A stretch of 64,000 nt of DNA, from contig NC_043018.1 in assembly GCF_006345805.1 (NCBI RefSeq), positions 25,792,001 to 25,856,000 of the forward strand, read 5' to 3'. This DNA comes from Octopus sinensis. Its lineage: Eukaryota. The position numbers were made by a program, and so were the translations under genes. Below are positions 25,768-38,714 of the stretch, one piece after another (position 1 is the first letter of the stretch; every line of letters starts with the position of its first letter). The notes under the pieces were generated by a model. The model was not told where the DNA came from. It did no database searches and saw only the letters and a list, made by a program, of their open reading frames with translations.

Positions 25768-25770
<3 letters not shown>
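25603..25770 (-). mobile_element. Short HHR-bearing dispersed element (variant-core family)
   Basis: Minus strand: cttt CTGTCGA a gagc gtag gctc GAAAC GTA aaag at 25677-25712. Microsatellite flanks. Confidence 0.75.
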
Positions 25771-25846
<76 letters not shown>

Positions 25847-25847
25847 G

Positions 25848-26012
25848 CGCAGGCGTGGCTGTGTGGTAAGAAGTTTGGTTCCCAACGAACATGGTTCCGG
25901 ATTCAGTTCCACTACGTGGCACCTTGGGCTAGTGTCTTCTGTTATATCCTCGGGCCGACCAAAGCCTTGTGAGTGGATTTGGTAGACCGAAACTGAAAGA
26001 ATCCCATCGTAT
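25848..26012 (+). mobile_element. SINE family A, 5' half
   Basis: gcgcaggcgtggctgtgtggtaag..ctgaaagaatccc. Confidence 0.8.
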
Positions 26013-26209
26013 ATATACATATATATATATATATGATATATCCCATTTAATGAATACAGTGTAAAGATACAATCTGTAAATAGTATCCGGCACTGGAGAC
26101 GCGAGTCTAGACATGATTTTATAACACACCTTGTGTTTCCAAGCAATCTATAGAGTTTGAGCACTTAGCCTATTCAATTTACAAATCAGGTGTCTGGAAC
26201 AAGAGAAAT

Positions 26210-26510
26210 CACATTGGTTCCAGTGGATGCGATCAACGGAACAGATTACTTGTGAAATTAACGTGCAAATGGGTGAACACTCCATTGACATGCATACGCT
26301 TAACGAAGTTCTCAGGGAGATTCAGCGTGAAACAGGATGTGAAGTGGCTGATCCTTTGAAACACAGATACTTCTTTATTTGGCCGGCTGAGTGGACTGGT
26401 GCAACGTGAAATAAGTGTTTTACTTAAGGACACAATGCGTCGCCGCGAATCGAAATCACGCTCTTACGATACTGAGCCGTATACCCTAACCACTAAACCA
26501 CGCGCCTTCT
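26210..26510 (-). mobile_element. SINE family C-related, diverged
   Basis: gatcaacggaacag..gtgaaattaacgtgcaa..ccctaaccact. Confidence 0.7.
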
Positions 26511-27304
26511 AATATAAACAATCCTATAGTATAGAAAACTTTCCGGTTTCAACTAACACATTTATATCTCTGATCAAAGGGCACTTCGTGTGTAGAATCT
26601 GATATAAATCTAAAGTATTATCTGTTGCTTGTATCTACGCAACTTAGTTTGTTCTTTTTATACGCTCCTTCACGCTACGGAGGTTTTTGAAGATTTTCTG
26701 GTACCCGATGTTTCAAAAAACATTTTATCTAAGTTTTCCCTCTAAAGTTGACATGAATACCTTCCGGTTGGTTCTTATTCTTGCAGATCATGAATAAATG
26801 AATTACGCCCCTTTGATCACGGACAAGCTACAAATAAAAATAACATCTTCGTTTATATTATTTTATAGAATAAGTAATACTTACTGTCCAATTTTTATTG
26901 AAAATGTTTAATAGTGAATGTTAAGCTTAACTTAACTCTTTGTAATAAATGCCTCACCCCCTCCATCTCTGCTTCCTATAATCTGTCTTACACGTAACAT
27001 TTTCTGTTATTTTTTTTTTTATTTTGCTCCTTCTTTTCTCAGTTCCCTGCCAATTCTTTCCCATAACCTATCCCATATAATTGAAGAATATTTTTGTTTC
27101 GGCTTATTTCTTTCTTTCAATTGCTTATAACGTCTGAAAAAGAACTGAAAGGCAAAATTCCCGGTGCCTGTACACAAACCTCAACCAATATAAATATTTT
27201 ACTTTAAAAATTTGTGTTGAGATATTTCCTCAGGAGTTTTGCACCTTTGGTACCCCACCCCTCACCACGACGAAAACAACAAAGAACGATAATGTTTATT
27301 TTGG

Positions 27305-27700
27305 GTGCAGGCGTGCCTGCATTGTAAGAAGCTTGCTTCCAAACACAGAGTTCCGAGTTCAGTTCCACTGCACAACATCTTGGGCAAGTATCTTCTACTA
27401 TAGGCTCGAGCAGACTAAAGCCTTATGAGTTGACTTGGTAGGCGGAAACTGAAAGAAGCCCGTCGCATATATGTGTGCGTGTGTCTGTCTGTCTGTGTGT
27501 GTGTGTGTGTATGTATATCCAAGTGTGTGTGTCTTTGTGTTTGTCCCTACATCAACGTTTGACAACCGGTATTGGTGTGTTTGCATCCTATTAACATAGC
27601 GGCTCGGCAAGAGACCAATAGAAAGAATACAAGAATAAGTACTGGAATCGATTCATTCAGCTAAAACTTGAAGGCGGTGCCCCAGCATGGCCACAGTCTA
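27305..27700 (+). mobile_element. SINE family A, full length and diverged
   Basis: Colinear homology to 4426-4832. Confidence 0.8.
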
Positions 27701-27890
27701 AGTTTGGCGCAAGTGCGCTAGTTCTAAGGCGTGGGGCGAAGTCGATCATCTCGACCCTAGTACTTGACTCCAACTTATCGAATCTGAAAGGATAAAAGGC
27801 AATATCGATCTCATCGGAATTTGAACTCAGAACCTAAAGAGCCGAAATAAATGACACTAAAGATTCCGTCAGCTCGCCACCTTTTTATTA
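27700..27890 (-). mobile_element. SINE family B, diverged
   Basis: gaaaggataaaaggc..ggaatttgaactcagaac. Confidence 0.7.
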
Positions 27891-28064
27891 TCATCTAATG
27901 ATATATTTCTGCTTGTCCCATGTGCTCGGATGTTACGCTTTAAACAATCTCAACCAAGGCAAGATATCCGGAAAATCATTTTTGACCCATAACACGCTGA
28001 AACATTATAGGGATCTATAAATTTATGCATTAAAACAGAGATAAGAACATTTACGTGTGTTGTC

Positions 28065-28102
<38 letters not shown>

Positions 28103-28342
28103 GTTTAAATATTTGTTGTGCAAGATTTTTTATGTGACGGTTAGTAAGGAGAGACACAAATAAGAAAGAAGAAAACAAAGGACCACTGATGCGGTCACAG
28201 GAGTGTGACGAAAGAACTCTGGCCGAAATAAGATTAAGATTAATGTAAAAAATAAATAACACTGAAGCAAAATGACACCAAATATATAGTGCGTGTGTTT
28301 TTATTGGCTAAACTGGCAATATGACCATTCCGAAATATAACA

Positions 28343-28428
<86 letters not shown>

Positions 28429-28735
28429 CTTTGATACTTTGATAGGTTTCGGCTATTATTGGCCCAGGCCATGTCTAACTTAATAGCACCACCTGGTGAA
28501 GTCTTTCAAGTCAGAATTTGGGCACTATGGCCCACTCAAGTAGAGAGTTATTGTTTACAGAGACATATCCGGGTGTAGGGGGTTTATCCGGGATTTCTTG
28601 GAGGAATCTGTCCAAAGAGTTCTTGAACCCTATAGGGTCAGTTTCTGTTTTAATGTGTTTTGGTGTAATGTTAAAGAGAGCGGGGCCAATTGAGGTGAAA
28701 TAATTGTGCCGTATTGTTGTTATGAGATGTAAATA
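28429..28735 (-). mobile_element. CR1/L2-group LINE, 3' end
   Basis: NYFTSIGPALFNITPKHIK...FKNSLDRFLQEIPDKPPTPGY...NSLLEW*, then a short 3'UTR ending in a (tatcaaag)2 tail. Confidence 0.7.
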
Positions 28736-28927
28736 CACCCGAGTAAGCACATAAATGTGAAACAAGGAGGGGAAAATTAGTACTCGAATAGAGTAATATG
28801 CTTTATTATTAAATCTGCAAAAATATCACAAAAATATCACAAACATTGCTACTCAGAGCTTCACGTTCCCACCCGTCCAGTTTTTTGTGATACTTTTGTG
28901 ATGTTTTTGCAGTTTTAATAATAAAGT
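28736..28927 (-). mobile_element. pLTR end related to the 5032-9234 PLE, with a short fold-back and a degenerate HHR
   Basis: 28736-28810 resembles the reverse complement of 9160-9234. Arms ctttattattaaa..tatcacaaa / tttgtgata..ttaataataaag. The loop reads gaagctctgagta on the minus strand, compared with gaaactcagagta. Confidence 0.6.
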
Positions 28928-29172
28928 ATATATATATTTCAGCGGTGGTGCCCCAGCATGGCCGCGGCCTTCGGGCTAAAACATTTTTAAGGATTTAAGG
29001 ATATATATATAAATATATACATACATGATGTCGCTTATTGCCACCTTAATCAAGCTATCCTGTAAGAGACGACGATACTGCCATATAAATCCAGTTAGAC
29101 ATCACCTCCAGCACTTCTCGCACCCGTTATTTGTCGCAAGCGGTAGATAACTCCTACCACACTTGCTTTAAG

Positions 29173-29221
29173 GCCACTCGACCACATGGTTTCGATCTCT
29201 ATTGGATCTCTTCGGTGGTGG
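29173..29221 (-). ncRNA. Hammerhead-like motif with a U4C change
   Basis: ccacca CCGAAGA gatc caataga gatc GAAA ccatgtg GTC gagtgg. Confidence 0.55.
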
Positions 29222-30295
29222 GTACTCGTTACTAGGCCTGACACCAGGCCTAGTAACGTGCAATGTGTAGAAAACACAGTAAGATATTTACGTATTTAAT
29301 CATTCCGCTTGTCTATCAGTAAGTTGGTTGTTGCCGTTATTGTTACTACTGCTTTAGTTGATTTCTCGTTAGTCTGAGATCGTGACAGCAACCGAGATCA
29401 TTCTATGTAAAATGTATGGTATATCGTATTCACAAAGCCTTAGTTTTGGGGGATACGCATTCCCTGCCTTTTAATAAATCAGCTGATTGTAGTTTGCGGA
29501 AACGTTTTGGCTGATGTTTTTAACAGTCTAAACAAGAACTACTAATAAATTTGTAGCCGATAAATGGACAGACGATTACAATCTACCACAACCTTGTTCT
29601 TCAAAATTTGGCTTTGTTTCCACTCGATAAAAATCTATAATAGTTAATCATCGGATTTTGGAAAAAGGACGTTGAAATGGTTTCACCTGTTCTTTATTAC
29701 AAATGTAACTTTGAGAAACCAGAAAGCAAAAGATGTATGCAATGATCACCTCTAGCAGTTTGACAATTGACAAATTCCAATTTCTTTTTCTTTTTTTAGT
29801 TTCTTTTTGTCGAGGGCATATTTACAACATTCTAATTTGAATTACGGCTTTTTAACAAGGTTTTATAATATCTTGAGGTCGTACAACGTCAGCATGAACA
29901 CAATGTTAGGAACATATTAGCCACTGTAACACTAAAACAACCAAAAGTGAAGACCAATAACCGCAACAACAACGACGAAAACGAAGACCGATTTAATGGA
30001 TGAAGCAGACGACGGCCACAACAGCAGTAGTAACCAAGAAAGTATGAAAGTCTGAAGCGTAATGGCATCAGTAAAAGTGAGATTTAGTAGGTAACTAGTG
30101 AATAGATTTATAACTGTCAGCTAGCATCAATAAACTTAAATTGTAATACAAAGAGTCAGTATACCCGTTTGTATTCGAGCTTAGGCTTAACGGTTCATGT
30201 CGTCTCCCTTACGTTATTTCCATCGATATTTATGGCGCCAAGGTTGGAACGCCAATAAACTGGATGTTCATATCCTCCGTCCTATTTTGCATTTG

Positions 30296-30297
<2 letters not shown>

Positions 30298-30372
<75 letters not shown>

Positions 30373-30401
30373 TAATAATAATAGTAATAGTAATAATAAT
30401 A

Positions 30402-30464
<63 letters not shown>

Positions 30465-30495
30465 GTAGTAATAATAATAACAATGATGATGATGA
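30298..30495. repeat. (AAT)n microsatellite (others at 23160-23335, 32940-33095, 33308-33565, 49265-49372)
   Basis: Direct inspection. Confidence 0.97.
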
Positions 30496-30646
30496 TTACA
30501 ATTCAATGAGATTTTATCGCTGGCCTACAAGCGATGCTACTGGACATTCATTATGCCACAGAGCTGTAAAGAAGAGATAAAAACTTTATCGCTTCGGTTT
30601 TGTACTTTACTAAAGCTCAACCAATAAATATGTGTGTTCTATTATG

Positions 30647-30685
<39 letters not shown>

Positions 30686-31066
30686 GCGCGTGTCTGTGAG
30701 TCTGCATGTGCGTATCTGTGTGTGTGTGTGTGTATACATGCATATATATGTATATATCTGTGTATGTATATATGCATATATGTATGTATGTAGTCATTTC
30801 AAAGAACAATTTTAAAAAGCAGAAAAAAAAGAAGAGAAGAAAAATGAACGTGGGTACGTGCACATGCAATATATTAATTTGACGCTCGGTGAAAGGAGAG
30901 AATTGTTAATGTTTCGAGTACAGCTCTTTGCCGGAAAGAGAAATGTCGAAGGAGCAAAATGAAAAAAATAAGGAAAAGTCACCAACCATCAATGCACGTG
31001 TGATTACATTTCTGAATTATATATATATACCACCTGTCTTAGTCTTTTGTTTTTTTCGTGAACTCT

Positions 31067-31132
<66 letters not shown>

Positions 31133-31350
31133 TATATATATGTATATTATAATACAGTAATCCCTATAGCGGGTGTCACGTTCCAAAACCGAAAATCCGA
31201 AAAGTAGAGACAGTACTGTACTGCCTATTTTTATCATTTTTATTATTTGTATATATTTATTTTATTATAAATGCAAAAAAAACACCACGGAGGAATCAAC
31301 TTAAGCTTAAGTAATAAACCGCGATAGGTGAACAAAGTGGCTGAGTAATA

Positions 31351-32174
31351 GGCGCTGGTGTGGCTGTGTGGTAAGAAGCTTACTTCCTAACCACATGGCT
31401 CCGGGTTCAGTCCCATTGCGTGGCACCTTGGGGGAGTGTCTTGTACTATAGCCTCGGGCCAACCAAAGCCTTGTGAGTGGATTTGGTATACGGAGATTGA
31501 AAGAAGCCCGTCGTATATATATAAATATATACATATATATTTATGTGTGTGTCTTTATGTTTGTGTTTGTCGTCCCCACCACCGTCACTTAACAACAGAT
31601 GTTGGTGTTTTTACGTCCCGTTACATAGCGTTTCGGCAAAAGACATCGATAGAATAAGTACCAAGCTTACAAAGAATAAGTTCTGGGATTGGTTTCTTCA
31701 GCTAAAAAGCGGTGCTCCAGCATGGCTGCTGTCAAATGACTGGAAAAAATAAAATAATAAATAAGGCGCAGGAGTGGCTGTGTGGTAAGTAGCTTGTTTA
31801 CCTACCACATGGTTCCGGGTTCAGTCCCACTGCGTGGCATCATGGGCAAATGTCTTCTGCTATAGCCTCGGCCTGACCAAAGCCTTGTGAGTGGATTTGG
31901 TGGACGGAAACTGAAAGAAGCCTGTCGTATATATGTATATATATATATATATGTATGTGTGTGTATATGTTCGTGTGTCTGTGTTTGTCCCTCTAGCATT
32001 GCTTGACAACCGATGCTGGTGGTTTACGTCCCCGTAACTTAGCGGTTTGGCAAAAGAGACCGATAGAATAAGTACTGGGCTTATAAAGAATAAGTCCCGG
32101 GGTCGATTTGCTCGACTACAGGCGGTGCTCCAGCATGGCTGCTGTCAAATGACTGAAACAAGTAAAAGAATAAA
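31351..32174 (+). mobile_element. Two head-to-tail SINE family A copies (31351-31764 and 31765-32174)
   Basis: Both are colinear with family A. The second starts right after the A-rich tail of the first. Confidence 0.88.
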
Positions 32175-32940
32175 TAACCAGAAAATCCAATGACGATTGC
32201 TTTCATGAGGCTCCTATGGAAGAGGTACCTAAAGACTCTACACCCATGACTCTCCCCGGAATAATGCAGATCCTTCTTTATATCACCTTTTAAGACCTGA
32301 ACCGACACCCACAAAATCCCTTCATTTCGTAAACTATGTGGATACCTATTAAACCCGTTATCACTCCATAAATGTACTCCAACTTTATTCATCTAGCTGT
32401 TTTTATGAACGTGGAAAAAGAACCACCCGAAGGGAACTTAATATTTAGGATCTTTGTTCGTGTTAATATAATCATTGGTTTTAATCCATTCATGTCTGCA
32501 AGGCAGTTAATACAATAAATTTAGTCATTTTATGACCTGTACTTTTTGTCAAAATACTTTTCCCTTATATTAAAGTCAAAACTTTTATTACAAGTTATGT
32601 ATATATACATATATATAAAGAAAGAAGTTTTATCTAGAATACCAACCTGGCACTGGCGGCAGCCGTGTTGCTTCCCCGATTCATGTACATATGTAAAGAC
32701 ATTTCTAATTTTGTCTTCGAAGTCTGCAGGGCTTTCTGTGCAATTTCAGTTTTCTGACACAACACGAAATATTTCCTATTTATAAAGCGAGAATTTCGCA
32801 GTTTTCAGTTACCTTTAAATATGTGCGCTCACCTGAATCTGAACAAGAAAGATATGAAAGTTATATGCAACTAATTTCATTACGAATTATTTTCGGGTAT
32901 TTTGTAGATACCATTCATAATAACATATACCAAATAGCAA

Positions 32941-32993
<53 letters not shown>

Positions 32994-33009
32994 TAAAAAA
33001 TGATGATGA

Positions 33010-33053
<44 letters not shown>

Positions 33054-33104
33054 AATAATAATAATAATAATAATAATATAATAATAATATAATAATGGAT
33101 CAAA

Positions 33105-33306
33105 TAGGGGCTGCAATAAATCTTGAGAAGTACATGGAACAAGTAGGGAGCAAAATAAGCGTGGAGCACTTGCAGAAAACAGCACTGCTTGGAACCGCTC
33201 GAACATTCCGGAAGGTGCTCGAAAAATAAGAGGTGTTACCTTAGTTCAATGGTAGTGAACAGCTGGCAACGTGGTACATTTCCAGCGTTAGAAGCTGTGC
33301 AACGGC

Positions 33307-33308
<2 letters not shown>
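33105..33308 (+). mobile_element. R4/Dong-like non-LTR retrotransposon, 3' end
   Basis: IGAAINLEKYMEQVGSKISVEHLQKTALLGTARTFRKVLEK*, a short 3'UTR, and (AAT)n on both sides. Confidence 0.8.
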
Positions 33309-33382
<74 letters not shown>

Positions 33383-33391
33383 GTAATAATA

Positions 33392-33423
<32 letters not shown>

Positions 33424-33486
33424 CAACAATAATAATAATAATAATAATAAATAATAATAATAATAATAATAATAATAGTAATAATA

Positions 33487-33526
<40 letters not shown>

Positions 33527-33570
33527 ATTATTATTATTATTATAATAATAATAATAATAATGATAATTTT

Positions 33571-33840
33571 GCATCCAGCCTCAGACTGGGAAACGCAAAT
33601 GGACGAAAAGACAGTCTCGTATTCCCAGGGGTAGTACACTACGACTAGACATTCCTGCACCCCGGGAATGCAAAAACAGCCATTGTAGTTGAACTTAACA
33701 TTATCACCAGCTAAAAGAAACCTAGTATCAGGAATTGGTCGACGAGGTTCTTGACAAGGGATGACGCGTGGTTTCATTCCTCATTGAAGTTGGTTACCGT
33801 GGATATCCTTTTCAACTGGTACGCTATTTCCGGTAAGATT
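33571..33840 (+). mobile_element. HERO/NeSL-like non-LTR retrotransposon, RLE fragment
   Basis: ASDW.....VVTLRLDI..KTAIVVEL...YQELVDEVLDKG*..FLIEVGYRG. Confidence 0.6.
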
Positions 33841-33997
33841 CTGACTACTCCACTAGAGTGGACGCAAGCGCTAATATATATGATTTATAAAAACATGTGG
33901 CATATTAATAAATATCTGTAAATATAAAACCATCCAGATTTCTGAGTACCTCATTTCTTCTAATATATAATACCTGTACATCATTTCCAAACCTTCA

Positions 33998-34030
<33 letters not shown>

Positions 34031-34040
34031 CATATATATA

Positions 34041-34424
34041 CTCTTTTACTTGTTTCAGTCATTTGACTGCGGCTATGCTGCAGCACCGCCTTTAATCGAG
34101 CAACTCGACCCCAGAACTTATTCTTTTAGTACTTATTCTATCGGTCCCTTTTGCCGAACCGCTAAGTAACGGGGACATAAACACACCAGCATCGGTTGTC
34201 AAGCAATGCTAGGGGGACAAACACAGATACACAAACACACACACGCATTTATATACATATATACGACGGGCTTCTTTCAGTTTCCGTCTACCAAATCCAC
34301 TCACAAGGCTTTGGTCGACTCGAGGCTATAGTAGAAGACACTTGCCCAGGTGCCACGCAGTGGACTGAACCTGGAACCATGTGGTTGGTAAACAAGCTAC
34401 TTACCACACAGCCACTCCTGCGCC
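34041..34424 (-). mobile_element. SINE family A, full length
   Basis: Reverse complement homology to family A. Confidence 0.9.
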
Positions 34425-34739
34425 TATATATATATATATATATATATTATTATATATATATATATATATATATCTATTAGAAGGAGCTTCTACAGGACTA
34501 GAACTGTTTCATTCAAATGAAATCATCAGGAATATATATATATATATATGAATAATTTTTGGTTAATCTACTAAATAAGTGCAGAGAAGTTCATATCCTT
34601 TCTGTGTGAGGATGTCTCATCCCTATCTCCTCCTTTCTTCTCTCACTCAAAACTTATCTCTAAAACAATAGATGACGATGAATACATATAAATACAAACC
34701 ACACACAGTTCATTAATTCTTTTCAACGCGTCTGATCTT

Positions 34740-35441
34740 TTTTTTTTCTGTTTTCTTGTTTTTCTTTATGTTTTTTCTTCTTCCGCAATAATACTTTTAT
34801 ATATATTTTACCCCACTCTTTTTATACCGTTATAATTTGCGTTCTTTCATTGTAGGAAGCTGATTTTCATTACATTTTATCTCTTTACTATATTGTTATT
34901 CCAGTGTAGTTCGTTTCAGATTTCGTCAGGTTTTATGTCAACGTTTCCGTGTAGAAAGAGGTTTTAAAGAAAATTTTGATACTGTTTTGATTGTTGCTCT
35001 TTTATATTTACACACACATTTGTATAAACACACACACACATATATAAGTTTGTATGTATATCTATATGACAGAGTGTGTGTTTTGTAGCAATTCGTGATT
35101 ACGGTTTTTTTTACATTTAGTTTTGACTTCTGGTCATTTTTTTTTTCGGTCTGTCCTCGTAGTGGAGTGGAGAGGGTCTTGATTTACTTATTTCTGTATA
35201 AGTGTATATGGATATATATATATATATATACATGTACGTGTGTATGCATGTATTTATATATGGACGTATCTGTGTATGTACGTATCTGTGTGTGTATGTA
35301 TTTATATATATGTATCTTTGTATTTGTTTATGGATGTATGTTTGTATGTATGCATGTATGCATTATATATGTATGTATGTACGTACGCATGTATATATGT
35401 ATGTATGCATGTATGTGGTGGTGGTGGTGGGTGGTGGTGGT

Positions 35442-35474
<33 letters not shown>

Positions 35475-35475
35475 T

Positions 35476-35529
<54 letters not shown>

Positions 35530-35741
35530 CTTGTTGTTGCTGCTGTTGCTGTAACAATAACAGAAAAATAATCATCATCATCTTTATCATAATAATAATA
35601 ACAATTATGATAATAATGATAATAATAAATAATAATAATAATAATATAATAATGATAATGATAATAATAATAATAATAGATAATAATAATAATAATAATT
35701 ATAATAATAATAATAATAATTATAATAATAATAATAATAAT

Positions 35742-35776
<35 letters not shown>

Positions 35777-35808
35777 AATGATAATGATAAAAATAATGAT
35801 AATAATCC

Positions 35809-35878
<70 letters not shown>

Positions 35879-36718
35879 TATCAATGAGGGACATTTTCTT
35901 TTCTTTTCAAAATCAATTGAAATAGCAATCACATCAGAAATAAATGAAGCGCATTCACATAATTATTACAGCTGATTGCATCTCGACACATCACCGGTTT
36001 TCATTTGTGTTATATATTGCTCATTTCATTTTTTTTTTCTGTTTTCTTGGTTTTCTTTTTTTCTTCTTCCGCAATAATACTTTTATATATATTTTACCCC
36101 CTCTTTTTATACCGTTATAATTTGCGTTCTTTCATTGTAGGAAGCTGATTTTCATTACATTTTATCTCTTTACTATATTGTTATTCCAGTGTAGTTCGTT
36201 TCAGATTTCGTCAGGTTTTATGTCAACGTTTCCGTGTAGAAAGAGGTTTTAAAGAAAATTTTGATACTGCTTTGATTGTTGCTCTTTTATATTTACACAC
36301 ACATTTGTATAAACACACACACACATATATAAGTTTGTATGTATATCTATATGACAGAGTGTGTGTTTTGTAGCAATTCGTGATTACGGTTTTTTTTACA
36401 TTTAGTTTTGACTTCTGGTCATTTTTTTTCGGTCTGTCCTCGTAGTGGAGTGGAGAGGGTCTTGAACTTATTTCTGTATAAGTGGATATGGATATATATA
36501 TATATATATATATGTACGTGTGTATGCATGTATTTATATATGGACGTATCTGTGTATGTACGTATCTGTGTGTGTATGTATTTATATATATGTATCTTGG
36601 TATTGTTTATGGATGTATGTTGTATGTATGCCTGTATGCATATATATGTATGTATGTACGTACGCATGTATTATGTATGTATGCAGTATGTGGTGGTGGT
36701 GGTGGTGGTGGTGGTGGT

Positions 36719-36751
<33 letters not shown>

Positions 36752-36927
36752 TGTAGTAGTAGTAAGTAGTAGTAGTAGTTAGTAGTAGTATAGTAGTACT
36801 TGTTGTTGCTGCTTGCTGTTTTTGTTTTTTGTAACAATAACAGAAAAATAATCATCATCATCTTTATCATAATAATAATAACAATTAGATATAATGATAA
36901 TAATAATATAATAATATAATAATAATA

Positions 36928-36958
<31 letters not shown>

Positions 36959-37037
36959 TGATAATAATAATAATAATAATTATAATAATAATAATAATAA
37001 TTATAATAATAATAATAATAATTATAATAATAATATA

Positions 37038-37074
<37 letters not shown>

Positions 37075-37083
37075 AAAAAATCC

Positions 37084-37126
<43 letters not shown>

Positions 37127-37312
37127 AATAATAAAATATAATAATAATAATGATATCAATGAGGGACATTTTCTTTTTCTTTTCAAAATCAATTGAAATA
37201 GCAATCACATCAGAAATAAATGAAGCGCATTCACATAATTATTACAGCTGATTGCATCTCGACACATCACCGGTTTTCATTTGTGTTATAATATTGCTCA
37301 TTTCATTTTTTT
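34740..37312. repeat. Tandem duplication, unit about 1.28 kb
   Basis: ttccgcaata at 34781 and 36067. gacacatcaccgg at about 35985 and 37261. Confidence 0.92.
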
Positions 37313-37586
37313 TTCTGTTTTTTTTTTCTTTTCTGTTATGTTGCTTTTTTTCTATTTTCGTCTAGAACCAGAATCTACAAAAAAAATATTGCCAGTGTTT
37401 AACCCCTTGATGAAGTGGTTCAGCGTTTCAGAGTCTCCGTTTAAAGAATTCAATCTAGTAACTGAATGATCGTTAGCTTGCTCTCTTGGCGATATATAAA
37501 CAACACATACAAACACACAAGCACGCTCTCGTACAGAATCATACATCTACACACACACACACCACACATAATATATACTATATATT

Positions 37587-37622
<36 letters not shown>

Positions 37623-37625
<3 letters not shown>

Positions 37626-38021
37626 ATATATATATATATAAAAGAGAAGTTTGTGTCTGCCTCCTACGATTTAGATTCCTAACTACTCCCACATTTTGCG
37701 GTGCAGTTTAACCAAAACCGGGTATCTTATAGTCGTGATTCATATCGAGCCCTTCTGGGTACTAGCGCGCGTCTACGATGAGTCTAAGATTTCTTTTTTT
37801 AAATACCATCATTTTTTTTCTATTTTAATGCATTTTTTGCTATTATATAAGGGAAGTAACTCTCTAAAAATGTCTACGATGAGTCAACGATTAAAAAAAA
37901 AATTACCATCATTTTTTCCATTTTTAATGCATTTTTTGCTATTTTTTGGCTATAACACTCTAAAAATGCTTATATAGTTATTTCCCTTACAAACCCGAGC
38001 AACGCCGGGCGATACTGCTAG
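37623..38021 (+). mobile_element. Non-autonomous Helitron
   Basis: A|TCTATATA..AAAAGAG start, subterminal hairpin acccgagcaacgccggg, CTAG|T end, and internal tandem sub-repeats. Confidence 0.87.
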
Positions 38022-38175
38022 TATATATATATAATTATTATTTAGGGTATCTAAGAGATACCGCCACGCTGGAAATAGCAGCCAAAACTTGACTCTAAAA
38101 CCACATTAAATGTTCATACAGCAACAGGAGAGAAGACAAAACGGACGAAAAAAACTAGTAAAAAATTACTGGATA

Positions 38176-38233
38176 ATTCCAGATCCCGGATTTCTGACTT
38201 TGCATAAGAAATGCTTTGCCTCGTCAGTGGAAT
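38176..38233 (-). ncRNA. Type I hammerhead-like motif with one extra A before GAAA
   Basis: attcca CTGACGA ggc...gtc a GAAA tccggg ATC tggaat. Perfect 6-bp stem I. Confidence 0.6.
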
Positions 38234-38464
38234 ATACGCAGATAGTAACATAAATACACATATATATACATATAACATACAAATTCTTACATATACGAAC
38301 GTATACATACATATATATATATGCACGTATGCACATAACCAGTTTAAATTGCCCGTCTATAACTCCTCGTGCGATATGGTTAAAACATCACCGCAGTAAA
38401 TATACTGACGACGAAATAAATATAATATCCTTATTTATATATATATAGATATATCTATATATAT

Positions 38465-38517
<53 letters not shown>

Positions 38518-38714
38518 TTTTAAACAAAATAAGCAACAAGGATATCCAAAGGTAGTGCAGTACAATCGTTTCATGCTACTTCATTTAATTAAACAATGGA
38601 AGTATTACATCAGTTTTTAAATGTAGACCAATCTTCAGCCACATATGGAATTTTTTAATTAAATTGACAATATTCATTTTTATACTTACTCCATTTTCCA
38701 ACATTACAAAGAGG

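Noticed and set aside
29380-29760. Possible DNA transposase relic
   Set aside because: Only vague motif resemblance, with stops in all frames.
34497-34541. CTGATGA..GAAA..GTC on the minus strand
   Set aside because: The core is present but stem I cannot be formed with the available flank, so it is left unassigned.
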